Assembly (NCBI GenBank): GCA_028713125.1
Contig: JAQTOU010000003.1
Coordinates: forward strand, 392,703-456,702
Direction of reading: 5' to 3'
Length of the DNA: 64,000 bases
Source of the DNA: Elusimicrobiales bacterium
GTDB taxonomy: Bacteria; Elusimicrobiota; Elusimicrobia; Elusimicrobiales; UBA9959
Part shown: positions 36,664 to 46,371 of the stretch, piece by piece
Position numbering within the stretch: position 1 is the stretch's first letter
How the letters are laid out: every line of letters begins with the position of its first letter
Notes under the pieces: generated by a model
Told to the model about the DNA's origin: nothing
Databases searched by the model: none
The model's input: the letters and a program-made list of their open reading frames with translations, nothing else
Position numbers and translations under genes: made by a program

Positions 36664-37530
36664 ATGAAAATCAAGACGGCTCTAATCGCTTTATTCCTCT
36701 TTGCCCTGCCCCGGGCCGCTTTCCCGGTCGAGAAGGCGGAGGGGAAGCCTTGCGGCTCATGCGCCGCTAAACTGGCCGGGAGCATCAGCCTTCTGGAAAA
36801 AGCCGGGGTGAAAGCTCCCGAAACGCCCCCGGCGCCGGCCGCGGCGGCCGCGGGCTGGGAGGAACTGGGCGACGGCGCCTGGTTCTCCGGAGCGCCCGCG
36901 CCCGGCGGCACGCTTTTTATCGGCTATGCCGGCTACGGGGCGGACGGGGCCGGCGCCCGCAACTGGGTCTCGGCCGTCGCCGCGGCCAAGGGCTGGGGGA
37001 TCATGGTCGCCGTGGCGGGCCCGGACAAGCTTTATTACGAGGACAATGAAAAACTGGAAGCGAATAAACGCATCCTCAACGAGCTTATCCCGCGGCTGGC
37101 GCCCGGGCGGATAATTATAGCGGCGCACTCTTCCGGCAGTTTTGTGTCCAAAGAATTCATGGCGCTGCTGGAGAAGCTAGGCAGGAAAGACCTGCTCCAT
37201 AAGATCTCCTATTACGACCTGGACGGCGGACCCTGCGGTCCCTGCCGGAAATACGCCGACGACCCGGGCAATTCCGGTTTCAGTTTCAGCTGCGTTTCCG
37301 CCTCGCAGCCGGGCGGCCCGGCGGCTCCTAATATCGGTTCGATGAAAGGCTGCGGCAAATATTATATCGGGCTTGAGGCCGAAGGCGCCGGCTGCGCCGG
37401 GCCCTGGTGCCTGCACGGCTGGCTTATAAACCTCGGGGCCTCGAAGCTGGACGCCGTCAGGCCTAAAACGAGGGAGTATTACCTTTCCCCTTCGCTCTCT
37501 CCCTGCGTTTCCTATTTTAAAGAGAACTGA
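36664..37530 (+). CDS. Secreted hypothetical protein, possible alpha/beta-hydrolase (AHSxG elbow)
   Basis: Start at MKIKTALIALFLFALP (signal). RIIIAAHSSGSF resembles an A-H-S-x-G nucleophile elbow. Multiple Cys residues. No other recognised motif. Confidence 0.4.
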   Translation: MKIKTALIALFLFALPRAAFPVEKAEGKPCGSCAAKLAGSISLLEKAGVKAPETPPAPAAAAAGWEELGDGAWFSGAPAPGGTLFIGYAGYGADGAGARNWVSAVAAAKGWGIMVAVAGPDKLYYEDNEKLEANKRILNELIPRLAPGRIIIAAHSSGSFVSKEFMALLEKLGRKDLLHKISYYDLDGGPCGPCRKYADDPGNSGFSFSCVSASQPGGPAAPNIGSMKGCGKYYIGLEAEGAGCAGPWCLHGWLINLGASKLDAVRPKTREYYLSPSLSPCVSYFKEN

Positions 37531-37534
37531 AACT

Positions 37535-38296
37535 ATGCGAATGAAAAAAATGATCCCGGCCCTCGGGGTATTGTTTTTTGCCCTCTGCGGAACGCTGCGG
37601 GCGGAAGTATTGAAAGGCCCCGCCGGGCTCAGGTTCGAGGCCAAAGGCAAGGCCGTCGTTTCCCTTAATGACGGCGTCCAAATTGAATGCGTAGAATCCA
37701 CCGAACCCTGGAAGCAGGCCGGTTTCACCGCTTACGTGGAAGCCGCGTACCTGGAGCAGGCCGAGCTTAAAATAAAAAAAGGCGCCGTTCTTTACGATAA
37801 GGCCGGCAAAGTTTTCGGCCGGGTTACCGAGCCGTTCCCGCTGGAATTCACCCCGGGAAAGCCCGACGCCAGGACCGGCCGGGCCATGGTCGAAATAGTC
37901 CTGCTGGCCTATTACCAGGACATAAAGCAGGATTCGATAATCGAGAACGCGCTTGCGCGCGAACTGAAGGACGCGATGGGCATGCTGGCTCCCGGCGGGC
38001 TTGCCGCGCACCTGAAAAAGTTCGGCTACCAGAAATGGTACGGCTATGAAGGAGTAGAGTCTTACGGAGTTTACGAGAACTGGATAGAGGACCCGTCGCC
38101 CGGGTTCAGGGTGCTTCTGATCTTCCACCGCGGCAAGCTGGCCGCCGTCCTGCATAGCCGGAGCATAAACTATAAATTCATGGCCTCGAAGGATTTTATG
38201 AGGGGCTGCAAGCTTTCCTACATAAGGAAGCTGCCGGAGCCTGAAACCCGGACGCTGGAAAAGTTTTATACGGATATAATCAGCAAGGCGGATTAG
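37535..38296 (+). CDS. Secreted hypothetical protein
   Basis: 253 aa. Signal peptide MRMKKMIPALGVLFFALCGTLRA. Starts 4 nt after the upstream stop. Confidence 0.5.
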   Translation: MRMKKMIPALGVLFFALCGTLRAEVLKGPAGLRFEAKGKAVVSLNDGVQIECVESTEPWKQAGFTAYVEAAYLEQAELKIKKGAVLYDKAGKVFGRVTEPFPLEFTPGKPDARTGRAMVEIVLLAYYQDIKQDSIIENALARELKDAMGMLAPGGLAAHLKKFGYQKWYGYEGVESYGVYENWIEDPSPGFRVLLIFHRGKLAAVLHSRSINYKFMASKDFMRGCKLSYIRKLPEPETRTLEKFYTDIISKAD

Positions 38297-38356
38297 CCGG
38301 AACTCGCCGCGGCAAACGGCGGCGTACCGCGGAAATGCCGGTCAAGAGGACTAAAA

Positions 38357-39676
38357 ATGAAAACCATAGCGCTTATTATAATTCTCGGTATCGGCGGGGC
38401 GGCGGCGGCCGGGTATAAAGAGGTGGAGGGGGCGCTTAAGGATATGCAGGGCCCGCAGGTGGGCCAGATAAGCAAAGAGCTGGATGAGCTCCTGCTTCTG
38501 CCAGCCGCGGTTTTGGCGAAAGACGCGCGCGCGGCGGCCTTCCTTGCCGAAAACCAGGCCGCTATGGAGCTGTTCAGGCAGGCCGCCGAAGAGCCCAATG
38601 CCGGCTATCTTCTGGCCCCGAAGCCGGAGAAACTGAGCGTCAAGACCCCGCAGCCCAAGTTCGCCGCGCATACCAGGCTGGCCAGGCTGCTGCTTATCGA
38701 AGCGAAGATAATAGCAGCGCGGAAGCAGGACGCCCTGGTGGAAAAAGACCTTCTCGCGGTGGCCGGGTTCCTTGCGCAGCTGTCGGCGCAGAGATCGGCG
38801 CTTATCCTCAGCTCCATGGTTGAGCAGCTGGTGATCTTGAAAGCCGCCCCGGCCTTCGCCGAAAGCCTTGCTTCCCCCTTGTCCAAGCCGGCTTATCTTA
38901 AGGAGCTCGGGGCGAGGCTGGATAAGGTTTATAAGAACCAGGATTTTATGCGGGCGGCCATGCTTGAAGAGGCCGAGATGTCGAAAGGCTCCATACTGGA
39001 AGCGGTAAACCCGGCTACGATGGTAGGGGAGCGCGCGAAGCTCGGCTTTCTGCAGCGCTTGGGCGCGAAAAAACTCCAGGACCAGGAATTCTTTTCCTGG
39101 ATCTACCGGGACTATAATGCCGCCGTCGACGCGCATGCCGGGGTCCTGGTCGGGGCTTTCCGCGCCAACAATCCCGCCCCCGTCGCGGCGTATCTGGAAA
39201 AGCGCGGGCAGGAGATCAAGGCCCGGAAAGAGGCCCGCGAGAAGATCGGAACTTTTTCCGGGATAATGGACGGGCTGAAAGGCGGGCCAGAGGCAAAAAA
39301 AGGAATGGCCCGGATCATAGTGGACAATATGCTCATCGTAGGCACGCCGGCCTACGAAAAGATCATCCCGCGCTACCATCTCTTTTTGACCAGGCTTAAT
39401 ATCCTTCGTACGGCCCTGGCCGTGAAATTCTACCAGCGCGCGAAGAAGCGGCTGCCGGACAGCCTCGACCAGCTGGTCCCCGGCTTCCTGGACGCGGTGC
39501 CGCAGGATTCCTTCAATAAATTCGCGCCGCTGGTCTATGTTAAAACCGGCAAGAATTTCCGGCTTTACAGCTTCGGCCCGGACGGCAAGGATAACGGCGG
39601 GGCAGCCGCGCTGGATTACGAAGCCTACTTCGAAAACCCGGCCCGCGACGCGGGGGATATAGTTTTCCCGGGCTGA
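38357..39676 (+). CDS. Membrane-anchored hypothetical protein with pseudopilin-like C-terminal motif
   Basis: 439 aa. N-terminal TM helix. The C-terminus ...LPDSLDQLVPGFLDAVPQDSFNKFAPLVYVKTGKNFRLYSFGPDGKDNGG resembles the YS.G.DG.D.GG motif of GspG-like or related proteins. SD AGAGGA. Confidence 0.45.
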   Translation: MKTIALIIILGIGGAAAAGYKEVEGALKDMQGPQVGQISKELDELLLLPAAVLAKDARAAAFLAENQAAMELFRQAAEEPNAGYLLAPKPEKLSVKTPQPKFAAHTRLARLLLIEAKIIAARKQDALVEKDLLAVAGFLAQLSAQRSALILSSMVEQLVILKAAPAFAESLASPLSKPAYLKELGARLDKVYKNQDFMRAAMLEEAEMSKGSILEAVNPATMVGERAKLGFLQRLGAKKLQDQEFFSWIYRDYNAAVDAHAGVLVGAFRANNPAPVAAYLEKRGQEIKARKEAREKIGTFSGIMDGLKGGPEAKKGMARIIVDNMLIVGTPAYEKIIPRYHLFLTRLNILRTALAVKFYQRAKKRLPDSLDQLVPGFLDAVPQDSFNKFAPLVYVKTGKNFRLYSFGPDGKDNGGAAALDYEAYFENPARDAGDIVFPG

Positions 39677-39690
39677 AACATAGCGCGGTC

Positions 39691-40545
39691 CTAGCGCGAG
39701 CTGCATTCGTTATAAACCTTCGTTTCTTCCGCGATCAGGTCCAGGACCGCCGTCAGCCTGTCCGGGTCCGGCGGTTCCTCGTATTCGGATCTATAGTAAG
39801 AACCAAGCAGTTTATAGAACCTGGCTTTTACTTCGGGGTCCGTTATCTCGGTGCCGGGGTTCCTGCTCAGGCCCCGGATAGTGAAACCGGGTTCTTTCAT
39901 CTTGGCCGCCCAGTACCTGGCTTTCGTTTCCACAAGCTCCGAATTCAGCCCGGTCAGCCGCATTTTGCGGCCGGCGCATGAGCCCTGACCGGGATCTGAA
40001 ACGGCGTCCCTGAAATCCGAAGGCGGGAGGGGCCATTCCGGGCTGTCCCATTCCAGTTCTATGTCAGGGACCTCGGGGAATAGCGCCGACTCCCGCTCAG
40101 ATTCGGACTGGTCCGCAAGCAGCACCCTGCCCGTTTTGGTATCTATAAGCCGGGTTAAAATTTTCAGTTTATTTCCCGCCGCGAATACCGTGCCGGTAAC
40201 TACGGCTTCGATGGAAAGAAAGTCCTTTGCGGCCAGGGAGGAAAGCCCCGCCTCTTTCAGGGCTTTTTCCAGCAGGGCCCGCTCGATAAGGGCGGGCTTT
40301 TCATGCCCGGCCAGGCAGGCGCCGATTCTTTCCGAAATATAATCCGTTTCGTTCTTTTCCACGCCGTCCTTCCCGGCGAAGCCCAGCACGGAAATCCTGT
40401 TTATGTCGTGCGCCACGGAGAAATTCACGATCCGCGCCGAAACGCCTTTGCAGTCGCCTCCGCCCTCCCCGGCCGCCGAACCAAGGGGGGGCGCCCCGCA
40501 AAAAATAGCGAGAGCGATAAATATCTTTAACCCACGGCCTTTCAT
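39691..40545 (-). CDS. Secreted protein with LpoB/FlgO/CsgG-like N-terminal domain
   Basis: Start at the ATG preceded by GGAGGGG (MKGRGLKIFIALAIFCG...). The pattern ISVLGFAGKDG...YISERIGACL....ALIERALLEKALKE...AVVTGTV...LKILTRLIDTKTGRVL is typical of that fold family. Confidence 0.45.
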   Translation of the reverse strand: MKGRGLKIFIALAIFCGAPPLGSAAGEGGGDCKGVSARIVNFSVAHDINRISVLGFAGKDGVEKNETDYISERIGACLAGHEKPALIERALLEKALKEAGLSSLAAKDFLSIEAVVTGTVFAAGNKLKILTRLIDTKTGRVLLADQSESERESALFPEVPDIELEWDSPEWPLPPSDFRDAVSDPGQGSCAGRKMRLTGLNSELVETKARYWAAKMKEPGFTIRGLSRNPGTEITDPEVKARFYKLLGSYYRSEYEEPPDPDRLTAVLDLIAEETKVYNECSSR

Positions 40546-40677
40546 AACCCCTCCCCAAATTAAGTATACAGCCGGGGAGTTTTTCCCGCAATTGCCGGTT
40601 TCCCATTTCCCCTGACTTTCTTCCACTTTCAGGTTGATTATTTACCGCGAATTGTTATAATCGGGGTTGGGGGGATA

Positions 40678-41445
40678 ATGAAAATGGAAAACATATTGGC
40701 GGCTTCTATTGCCGCGGGGCTGGTTGTCGTCCTGGCCGTGTTCCTGGGGCCGAGACTTAAGAACCGGGCCGGGGGCTTCGCCGACGGAGATGTCTTCCGG
40801 GCCAGGCGGGAGGCTATGGTGGCCGGCCAGATAGAAGCGAGGGGCGTGAAGGATCCCGGCGTGCTGAAAGCGATGCGGGAGGTTCCCCGCCATGAGTTCG
40901 TGCCCGTCGAGCTGAGAAATGCGGCCTATGACGACCGGCCGCTGTCCATAGGCCTCGGTCAGACCATAAGCCAGCCTTTCATAGTGGCCTATATGACCGA
41001 GGCGCTGGCCCTGAAGCCCGGAGACAAGGTGCTTGAAATAGGGACCGGGTCAGGCTACCAGGCGGCGGTGCTCGCTAATTTGGCCGGCAAGGTTTTCTCC
41101 GTCGAAATAGTCTGCGAGCTGGAGAGGTCGGCAAAAGAGGCGCTGCTCCGCCTGGGCTATTCCTCCGTGCGCACGGTTTGCGCCGACGGCTACAAAGGCT
41201 GGCCGGAGGAGGCGCCCTTTGACGCTATTATGGTCACCGCCGCTCCCGAACACGTTCCGCAGCCGCTTCTTGACCAGCTTAAGCCAGGCGGCAGGCTGGT
41301 CATGCCGGTCGGAACTCGCCTCTCGCAGGAGCTAGTCCTGATACGCAGGACGGGGACCGGCTTCAAAAAAGAATCGCTTATCCCGGTGATCTTCGTCCCC
41401 ATGACCGGGGAAGCCGAGCTGAAACACAGCGGGGCGCATTATTGA
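40678..41445 (+). CDS. pcm: Protein-L-isoaspartate O-methyltransferase with N-terminal TM/signal extension
   Basis: VLKAMREVPRHEFVP, GQTISQPFIVAYMTE and VLEIGTGSGYQAAVLA motifs. Confidence 0.9.
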   Translation: MKMENILAASIAAGLVVVLAVFLGPRLKNRAGGFADGDVFRARREAMVAGQIEARGVKDPGVLKAMREVPRHEFVPVELRNAAYDDRPLSIGLGQTISQPFIVAYMTEALALKPGDKVLEIGTGSGYQAAVLANLAGKVFSVEIVCELERSAKEALLRLGYSSVRTVCADGYKGWPEEAPFDAIMVTAAPEHVPQPLLDQLKPGGRLVMPVGTRLSQELVLIRRTGTGFKKESLIPVIFVPMTGEAELKHSGAHY

Positions 41446-41497
41446 GGATTGTCGACCGGCGGAGCAGCTAAAAAATATAAAATAGATACAGGCGACT

Positions 41498-42313
41498 ATG
41501 AACGAACCTGTAAATTTTTCGCAGATGGAAGACCCGGAGCGGCGCTTCGACCGCATGACGCGGCTTGTGGGGCCAGATGCGATGGAGAAGCTTAAGAGAT
41601 CCCACGTCATGGTTATAGGCTGCGGCGGGGTTGGGTCCTGGGCGGCCGAGACCGTCGCGCGGGCGGCCGTCGGGCGCATCACCGTGGTCGACTTCGACAC
41701 CGTCTGCATCCGCAACTTCAACCGCCAGCTCCAGGCCCTGAGCGGGACCATAGGCAAGCATAAGGCGCTCCTCCTGGCCGAGCGCCTCCGGCTCGTGAAT
41801 CCCGAGGCGCGGGTGGACGGGATAGCCAACTATTTCAACGATACCACCTGCGAGTCGATGATGGCCGGGCGCCCGGATTTCGTGATAGACGCTATCGACC
41901 ATATCACTTCAAAATGTTTCCTCATAGATTACTGCCATAAAAACAAGGTCCCGCTGGTGGTGTCCACCGGCTCGGGCGGGCGCATGGACCCCACGCAGGT
42001 TCGGGTGATGGACCTGGGGCTGACCGAGATGGACCCGCTGGCCCGGGCCGTGCGGAATATCCTGCGCGAAAAATATGATTTCCCGAGAAAAGGTAAATTC
42101 GGCGTGACCTGCGTCTGTACCCTCGAGCAGCATAAGAAACCGCATGATTCCATGGAATCCACCGACTGCAAAGCCGGCTGCCTCTGCCCCCAGGGCGAGA
42201 ACGAATTCCAGAGCTGCACCAAGAAAAGCGTGGTCCTCGGCACGGCCGGCTTCGTGACCGGCGCCTTCGGCATGGCCTGCGCCTCCGTGGCGGTAAAACA
42301 CCTTATAGAATAA
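41498..42313 (+). CDS. tcdA: tRNA threonylcarbamoyladenosine dehydratase (ThiF/E1-like, TcdA/CsdL)
   Basis: RFDRMTRLVGPDAMEKLKRSHVMVIGCGGVGSWAAE...TVVDFDTVCIRNFNRQ. Size of 271 aa. Confidence 0.8.
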   Translation: MNEPVNFSQMEDPERRFDRMTRLVGPDAMEKLKRSHVMVIGCGGVGSWAAETVARAAVGRITVVDFDTVCIRNFNRQLQALSGTIGKHKALLLAERLRLVNPEARVDGIANYFNDTTCESMMAGRPDFVIDAIDHITSKCFLIDYCHKNKVPLVVSTGSGGRMDPTQVRVMDLGLTEMDPLARAVRNILREKYDFPRKGKFGVTCVCTLEQHKKPHDSMESTDCKAGCLCPQGENEFQSCTKKSVVLGTAGFVTGAFGMACASVAVKHLIE

Positions 42314-42370
42314 AGGGGACAGGCTGCTTATTCCAATTCCGGACCCGCGCTATCGGTTATTGCCCGCGCT

Positions 42371-43294
42371 ATGACTACGGACCTTGGCGGTATAGAAAAA
42401 TCCCTGTCTTACTTATCCTCCGCTGAGGCGCTGCGAAGCATTGAGCGCGATCCCTACTGGCCTAAATGGGACTCCCCCTGGTGGCATATGATGCTGCTGT
42501 TCGAAATGGGGCTGGCCAAAAAAATACCCGCCGCCGCCGTAGAAAAAATGACGGAAGTCCTGAAAGGGCACTACCTGCCGGTTTTCCCTGTAAGAGCCGA
42601 AGAGTTTCCCGCGGGTACCGACCCTTACAGGAAGATCGCCTGCCACTGCGCGGTAGGCAGCGCTTACCAGCTTTTGTTCGCCTGCGGCGTAGCTGTGGAC
42701 AAAGAGCTGCCGTGGATGCGGCCGTGGTTCCTTAAATATCAACTGCCGGACGGCGGCCTGAACTGCGACGAGGCGGCTTATATTAAGCCGGCCCCCAAAA
42801 GTTCCATAGTTACAACGCTTCCGTGCCTCGAGGCGGTTTTGTTCAGCCGCAGCCGGGAACTTGCCGCGGAAGAAATATCTTTTCTCGATAAGGGCGCGGC
42901 GTACCTCCTGAAGCATAAGCTTTTCCGCAAAGTTTCTACGGGAGAGGTTATCGACAAAAACTGGCTTGAAGTTACCTTTCCGAGGTTCTACGAATATGAC
43001 TTTCTGCGCGGGTATTATTTCCTTGCAAAGTGGCGGCAGGCGTCCGGTTTTGTCATCCCCGGTGAACTGACTGACGAAGTTGAAGAGCTTGTTTCGAGGC
43101 AGTTGACCAAAGACGGCATAGTCCTGAAGCGCTATAACCTGACCAGCAAGCGGAGCTATAACCCCGGCCCTTACGGCGCCTGGGCCATGGGCGAGGCCTC
43201 TGAGTTCGACCTGATGAAAGAGAGCAGCTTTGACGGCTGCCTCTGCCTGCCGCTTACTGAAAAGTGGAATGAGGTTAAACCGGGCCGGCCATGA
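42371..43294 (+). CDS. Hypothetical protein (possible alpha/alpha-toroid, prenyltransferase-like repeats)
   Basis: 307 aa. The only hint is a QLPDGGL-type repeat motif. No confident family. Confidence 0.4.
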   Translation: MTTDLGGIEKSLSYLSSAEALRSIERDPYWPKWDSPWWHMMLLFEMGLAKKIPAAAVEKMTEVLKGHYLPVFPVRAEEFPAGTDPYRKIACHCAVGSAYQLLFACGVAVDKELPWMRPWFLKYQLPDGGLNCDEAAYIKPAPKSSIVTTLPCLEAVLFSRSRELAAEEISFLDKGAAYLLKHKLFRKVSTGEVIDKNWLEVTFPRFYEYDFLRGYYFLAKWRQASGFVIPGELTDEVEELVSRQLTKDGIVLKRYNLTSKRSYNPGPYGAWAMGEASEFDLMKESSFDGCLCLPLTEKWNEVKPGRP

Positions 43295-43422
43295 GTGCCC
43301 GTACCCAGATTTGATATTATATTTTACCGTCGTGACAGTTCCTCTGTATTGCCGTAAGCCGTACCCGACCCCGCTTTATCATCTTGTAAGGCAGTCTGCG
43401 TAAAAGGAGCGTTGGCGCAAGA

Positions 43423-45378
43423 ATGACCCAATATAAAAATTTTACTCTTGGCTTCGTCGGCGGCGGCAAAGGCGGCCTGGAGCTGCTTAATATCCTCGCC
43501 CGCTCCTCTTTCGTCCACGTGGACTATGTCTGCGATATCGATCCCGGCGCGCCCGCTATGGTCCGGGCGCGGGAGCTGGGCGTCAGGACGCTTCCCGACC
43601 TCGACACCGCGCTGGCCAGGGAGACGGACTTCATCATCGAGGCCACGGGCAAGAAGTCGATCCAGGAAATTCTTTACGCCAGGACCAGGACCCAGAAAAC
43701 CCGCGTTATCTCAAACGAGATAGCCTTTTTTCTCTTCGAAGTCTTCGAAGGCAACGCCCGCGCCCTGAGCGAATCGGAGAGGAACCTCCTTAACACCATA
43801 GAGTTCCTGCCCGACGCCACTTTCGTGATCGACAAGGCAGGGAAGGTCACCTACTGGAACCGCGCGATGGAGCGCCTGAGCGGCAGCAAGGCCGCCGAGA
43901 TGGTCGGGCAGGGCGACTTCGCATACGCTATTCCCTTTTACGGCAAGCGGCGGCCCATGCTCATAGACCTTGTGCTTCATCCCGATCCTGAAATAGCCGC
44001 GCTTTACAAGAGCTTTAAACAGGAGAAGGATATCATCACTTCCGAGCTGCACTCGGAGATGGCCGATAATAAGAAAGGCAAGTACCTTTATGGCACGGCC
44101 GCGCCCCTGTACGATTCGTCCGGAGCCGTGACCGGGGCCATCGAGAGCCTTCGAGATATCACGGAGCATAAAAATGCCGAAGGAAAAGAGAAGGCTATGG
44201 AGCAGCAGCTCCTTCAGGCGCAAAAGATGGAATCCGTGGGCCGGCTGGCCGGCGGCGTCGCGCACGATTTTAACAACCTGCTTACCGCTATCGGCGGCTA
44301 CGCCGGGTTCGTGCTGAACGGGCTGAATGAAAACGACCCGATGAAGGAAGACGTCAAAGAGATCCTGATCGCCGCCGACAGGGCCGCGGCGCTGACCAAG
44401 CAGCTTCTGGCGTTCAGCCGGAAGCAGCTCCTCGCGCCGAAGGTCATAGACCTGAATGTCGCCGTAGGCGGCATGGTGAAAATGCTGAAGCGCCTTATAG
44501 GCGAAGATATAAGGTTAGAGGCCTGTCTTGAGGCGCGGCCGTGCCGGGTGAAGGTCGACGCGGGGCAGATAGACCAGGTGATAGCCAACCTTGTTGTCAA
44601 CGCCCGCGATGCCATGCCCGGCGGCGGCGCTTTGACCCTGTCGACCAGGCTTATCACCGCAGAAGAAAGCCGCTCTTTGAAATTTTCGGACATGGCCGGG
44701 ATGCCTCTTGTCTGCCTGAGCGTGCGCGATACCGGCAGCGGGTTCACCGCGGAGGCCAAGGCGCACCTTTTTGAACCGTTCTTCACTACCAAGGAAAAGG
44801 GCAAAGGCACGGGCCTCGGGCTTTCCATGGTTTTCGGGATCATCAAGCAGAGCGGCGGCGAGATAGACATGAAGAGTTCGCCGGGGAGCGGCACGACTTT
44901 CGAGATATTTTTCCCAAACGTGGGAACAGCGACGCCGGACAAGGAAGCGGACAGAGAAAAAGACGCGGCAGCGGAACCCGCATCAAGGGCCGGCGCGACC
45001 ATACTGCTTGTCGAAGATGAGGATAGCCTGCGCCGGTTGGGCGAGCGCCTGCTGAAAATGGACGGCTACGCGGTCACTTCGGCCGCTGACGGCAAGTCCG
45101 CCCTGGAGGCCGCAGAGCGCCATGGCAGGCCGTTCGACCTGCTTATGACGGATGTCGTAATGCCCGGCATGAGCGGCCAGGAACTGGCGCGGGAGCTGGC
45201 CAGCAGAAATCTGGCGCACAGGACTCTTTATACGTCCGGGTATACGGAAGACGCCATACAAAAACATGGCGTTCTCGACCCCGGCATCGCCTTTATCTAC
45301 AAACCCTTCACGGCAGAGGCGCTTTTCGCCAAACTGCGCGAAGTGCTGGGCGGCCCCGCCGACAAGGCCAAGGCTTAA
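43423..45378 (+). CDS. Hybrid sensor histidine kinase/response regulator with N-terminal Rossmann-like domain and PAS
   Basis: N-terminus FVGGGKGG (GxGxxG). PAS (FVIDKAGKVTYWNRAMERLSG). HisKA H-box GGVAHDFNNLL. HATPase N/G boxes (NLVVNARDAM, GTGLGLS). Receiver domain ILLVEDEDS...LLMTDVVMPGMSG...KPF. Confidence 0.85.
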   Translation: MTQYKNFTLGFVGGGKGGLELLNILARSSFVHVDYVCDIDPGAPAMVRARELGVRTLPDLDTALARETDFIIEATGKKSIQEILYARTRTQKTRVISNEIAFFLFEVFEGNARALSESERNLLNTIEFLPDATFVIDKAGKVTYWNRAMERLSGSKAAEMVGQGDFAYAIPFYGKRRPMLIDLVLHPDPEIAALYKSFKQEKDIITSELHSEMADNKKGKYLYGTAAPLYDSSGAVTGAIESLRDITEHKNAEGKEKAMEQQLLQAQKMESVGRLAGGVAHDFNNLLTAIGGYAGFVLNGLNENDPMKEDVKEILIAADRAAALTKQLLAFSRKQLLAPKVIDLNVAVGGMVKMLKRLIGEDIRLEACLEARPCRVKVDAGQIDQVIANLVVNARDAMPGGGALTLSTRLITAEESRSLKFSDMAGMPLVCLSVRDTGSGFTAEAKAHLFEPFFTTKEKGKGTGLGLSMVFGIIKQSGGEIDMKSSPGSGTTFEIFFPNVGTATPDKEADREKDAAAEPASRAGATILLVEDEDSLRRLGERLLKMDGYAVTSAADGKSALEAAERHGRPFDLLMTDVVMPGMSGQELARELASRNLAHRTLYTSGYTEDAIQKHGVLDPGIAFIYKPFTAEALFAKLREVLGGPADKAKA

Positions 45379-45543
45379 AGAAAAGGGCTGCGCGCTTTTG
45401 CGCAGGCACGCTCCGTACATTAAAAATATCTAATCCTGTTTTAAGGCTGCTTTAACAGCCGGCCTGCTAGACTATTGGCCCCGGTCGGTGAGTTTTCGCG
45501 ATGAAGACCGGGTTGGGCATTCCGCGAGTGCGGCGGAGGAACC

Positions 45544-46326
45544 GTGAGACCGGTCTTTTGCTTGTTAGTGTGCCTTTCCCTGGCCGGCTGCGGCACTATG
45601 GCCGGAGGGCAGCGGCGGGGGGACGGCGCCACGCTCAGTCCGGGCTGGGCGCGCGTCCGGCGGGCGGCGAAGCACGCTTTGTCCCTGCCCGAAGTGTGGG
45701 CCCCCGCCGCCGGCGCAGCTGGTATTGCGGCTTGCGGCGCGGACAAAAAGATCTCTTCCTGGGCTTCGCGTGAAACTCCGGTCTACGGTTCGCAGGCCAG
45801 CGCTGCCAAAGCCAGCAATACCCTTATATCCATTTCCAACGCCGCCTACTGGGGCAGCGTCCTTGCCGCGCCCGGTGGCAGCCAGGCGGAGGAATGGGTA
45901 TATTCAAAAGCGAAGACAGCCGCGGCAGGTGTCGCCGCCAATACGGCGGCTTTCCAACTGGCAGTCGCGCTGCAGAAAACCACGGGAAGAGAGCGGCCCA
46001 ACGGCGCGGGAAAAACCGGTTTCCCCTCGCTGCATACCGCGTACGCCGCCTCTCAGACTATGTCGGCGTATGAGAATCTGCAGAGTTTGAAAATGACTCC
46101 GGCCGAAGCCGCGCTGGCCAGGGGCGCGCTCGACTCCATCCCTGTCGCCATGGCCTGGGCGCGGATAGAGGCGAAGGCGCATTATCCTTCCGACACCCTT
46201 GCCGGGATGAGCCTGGCGTCGTTCCTGGGCGCCTTCGTGAGCGAAGCCTTCCTTGGCGAGTTCCCGCTGAGCCTCGAAACCGCCGGCAAAACCCCCATGC
46301 TTACCTGTCGGCTTTCTTTTAGGTAA
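45544..46326 (+). CDS. PAP2-superfamily phosphatase lipoprotein
   Basis: GTG start after SD GGAGGA. Lipobox LSLAGC. PAP2 motifs RERPNG, PSLHT and RIEAKAHYPSD. Confidence 0.7.
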   Translation: MRPVFCLLVCLSLAGCGTMAGGQRRGDGATLSPGWARVRRAAKHALSLPEVWAPAAGAAGIAACGADKKISSWASRETPVYGSQASAAKASNTLISISNAAYWGSVLAAPGGSQAEEWVYSKAKTAAAGVAANTAAFQLAVALQKTTGRERPNGAGKTGFPSLHTAYAASQTMSAYENLQSLKMTPAEAALARGALDSIPVAMAWARIEAKAHYPSDTLAGMSLASFLGAFVSEAFLGEFPLSLETAGKTPMLTCRLSFR

Positions 46327-46371
46327 ATACAGCTGCCGGCACCTTAAGCGGGTGTAACGGTCTCTTGAGGC

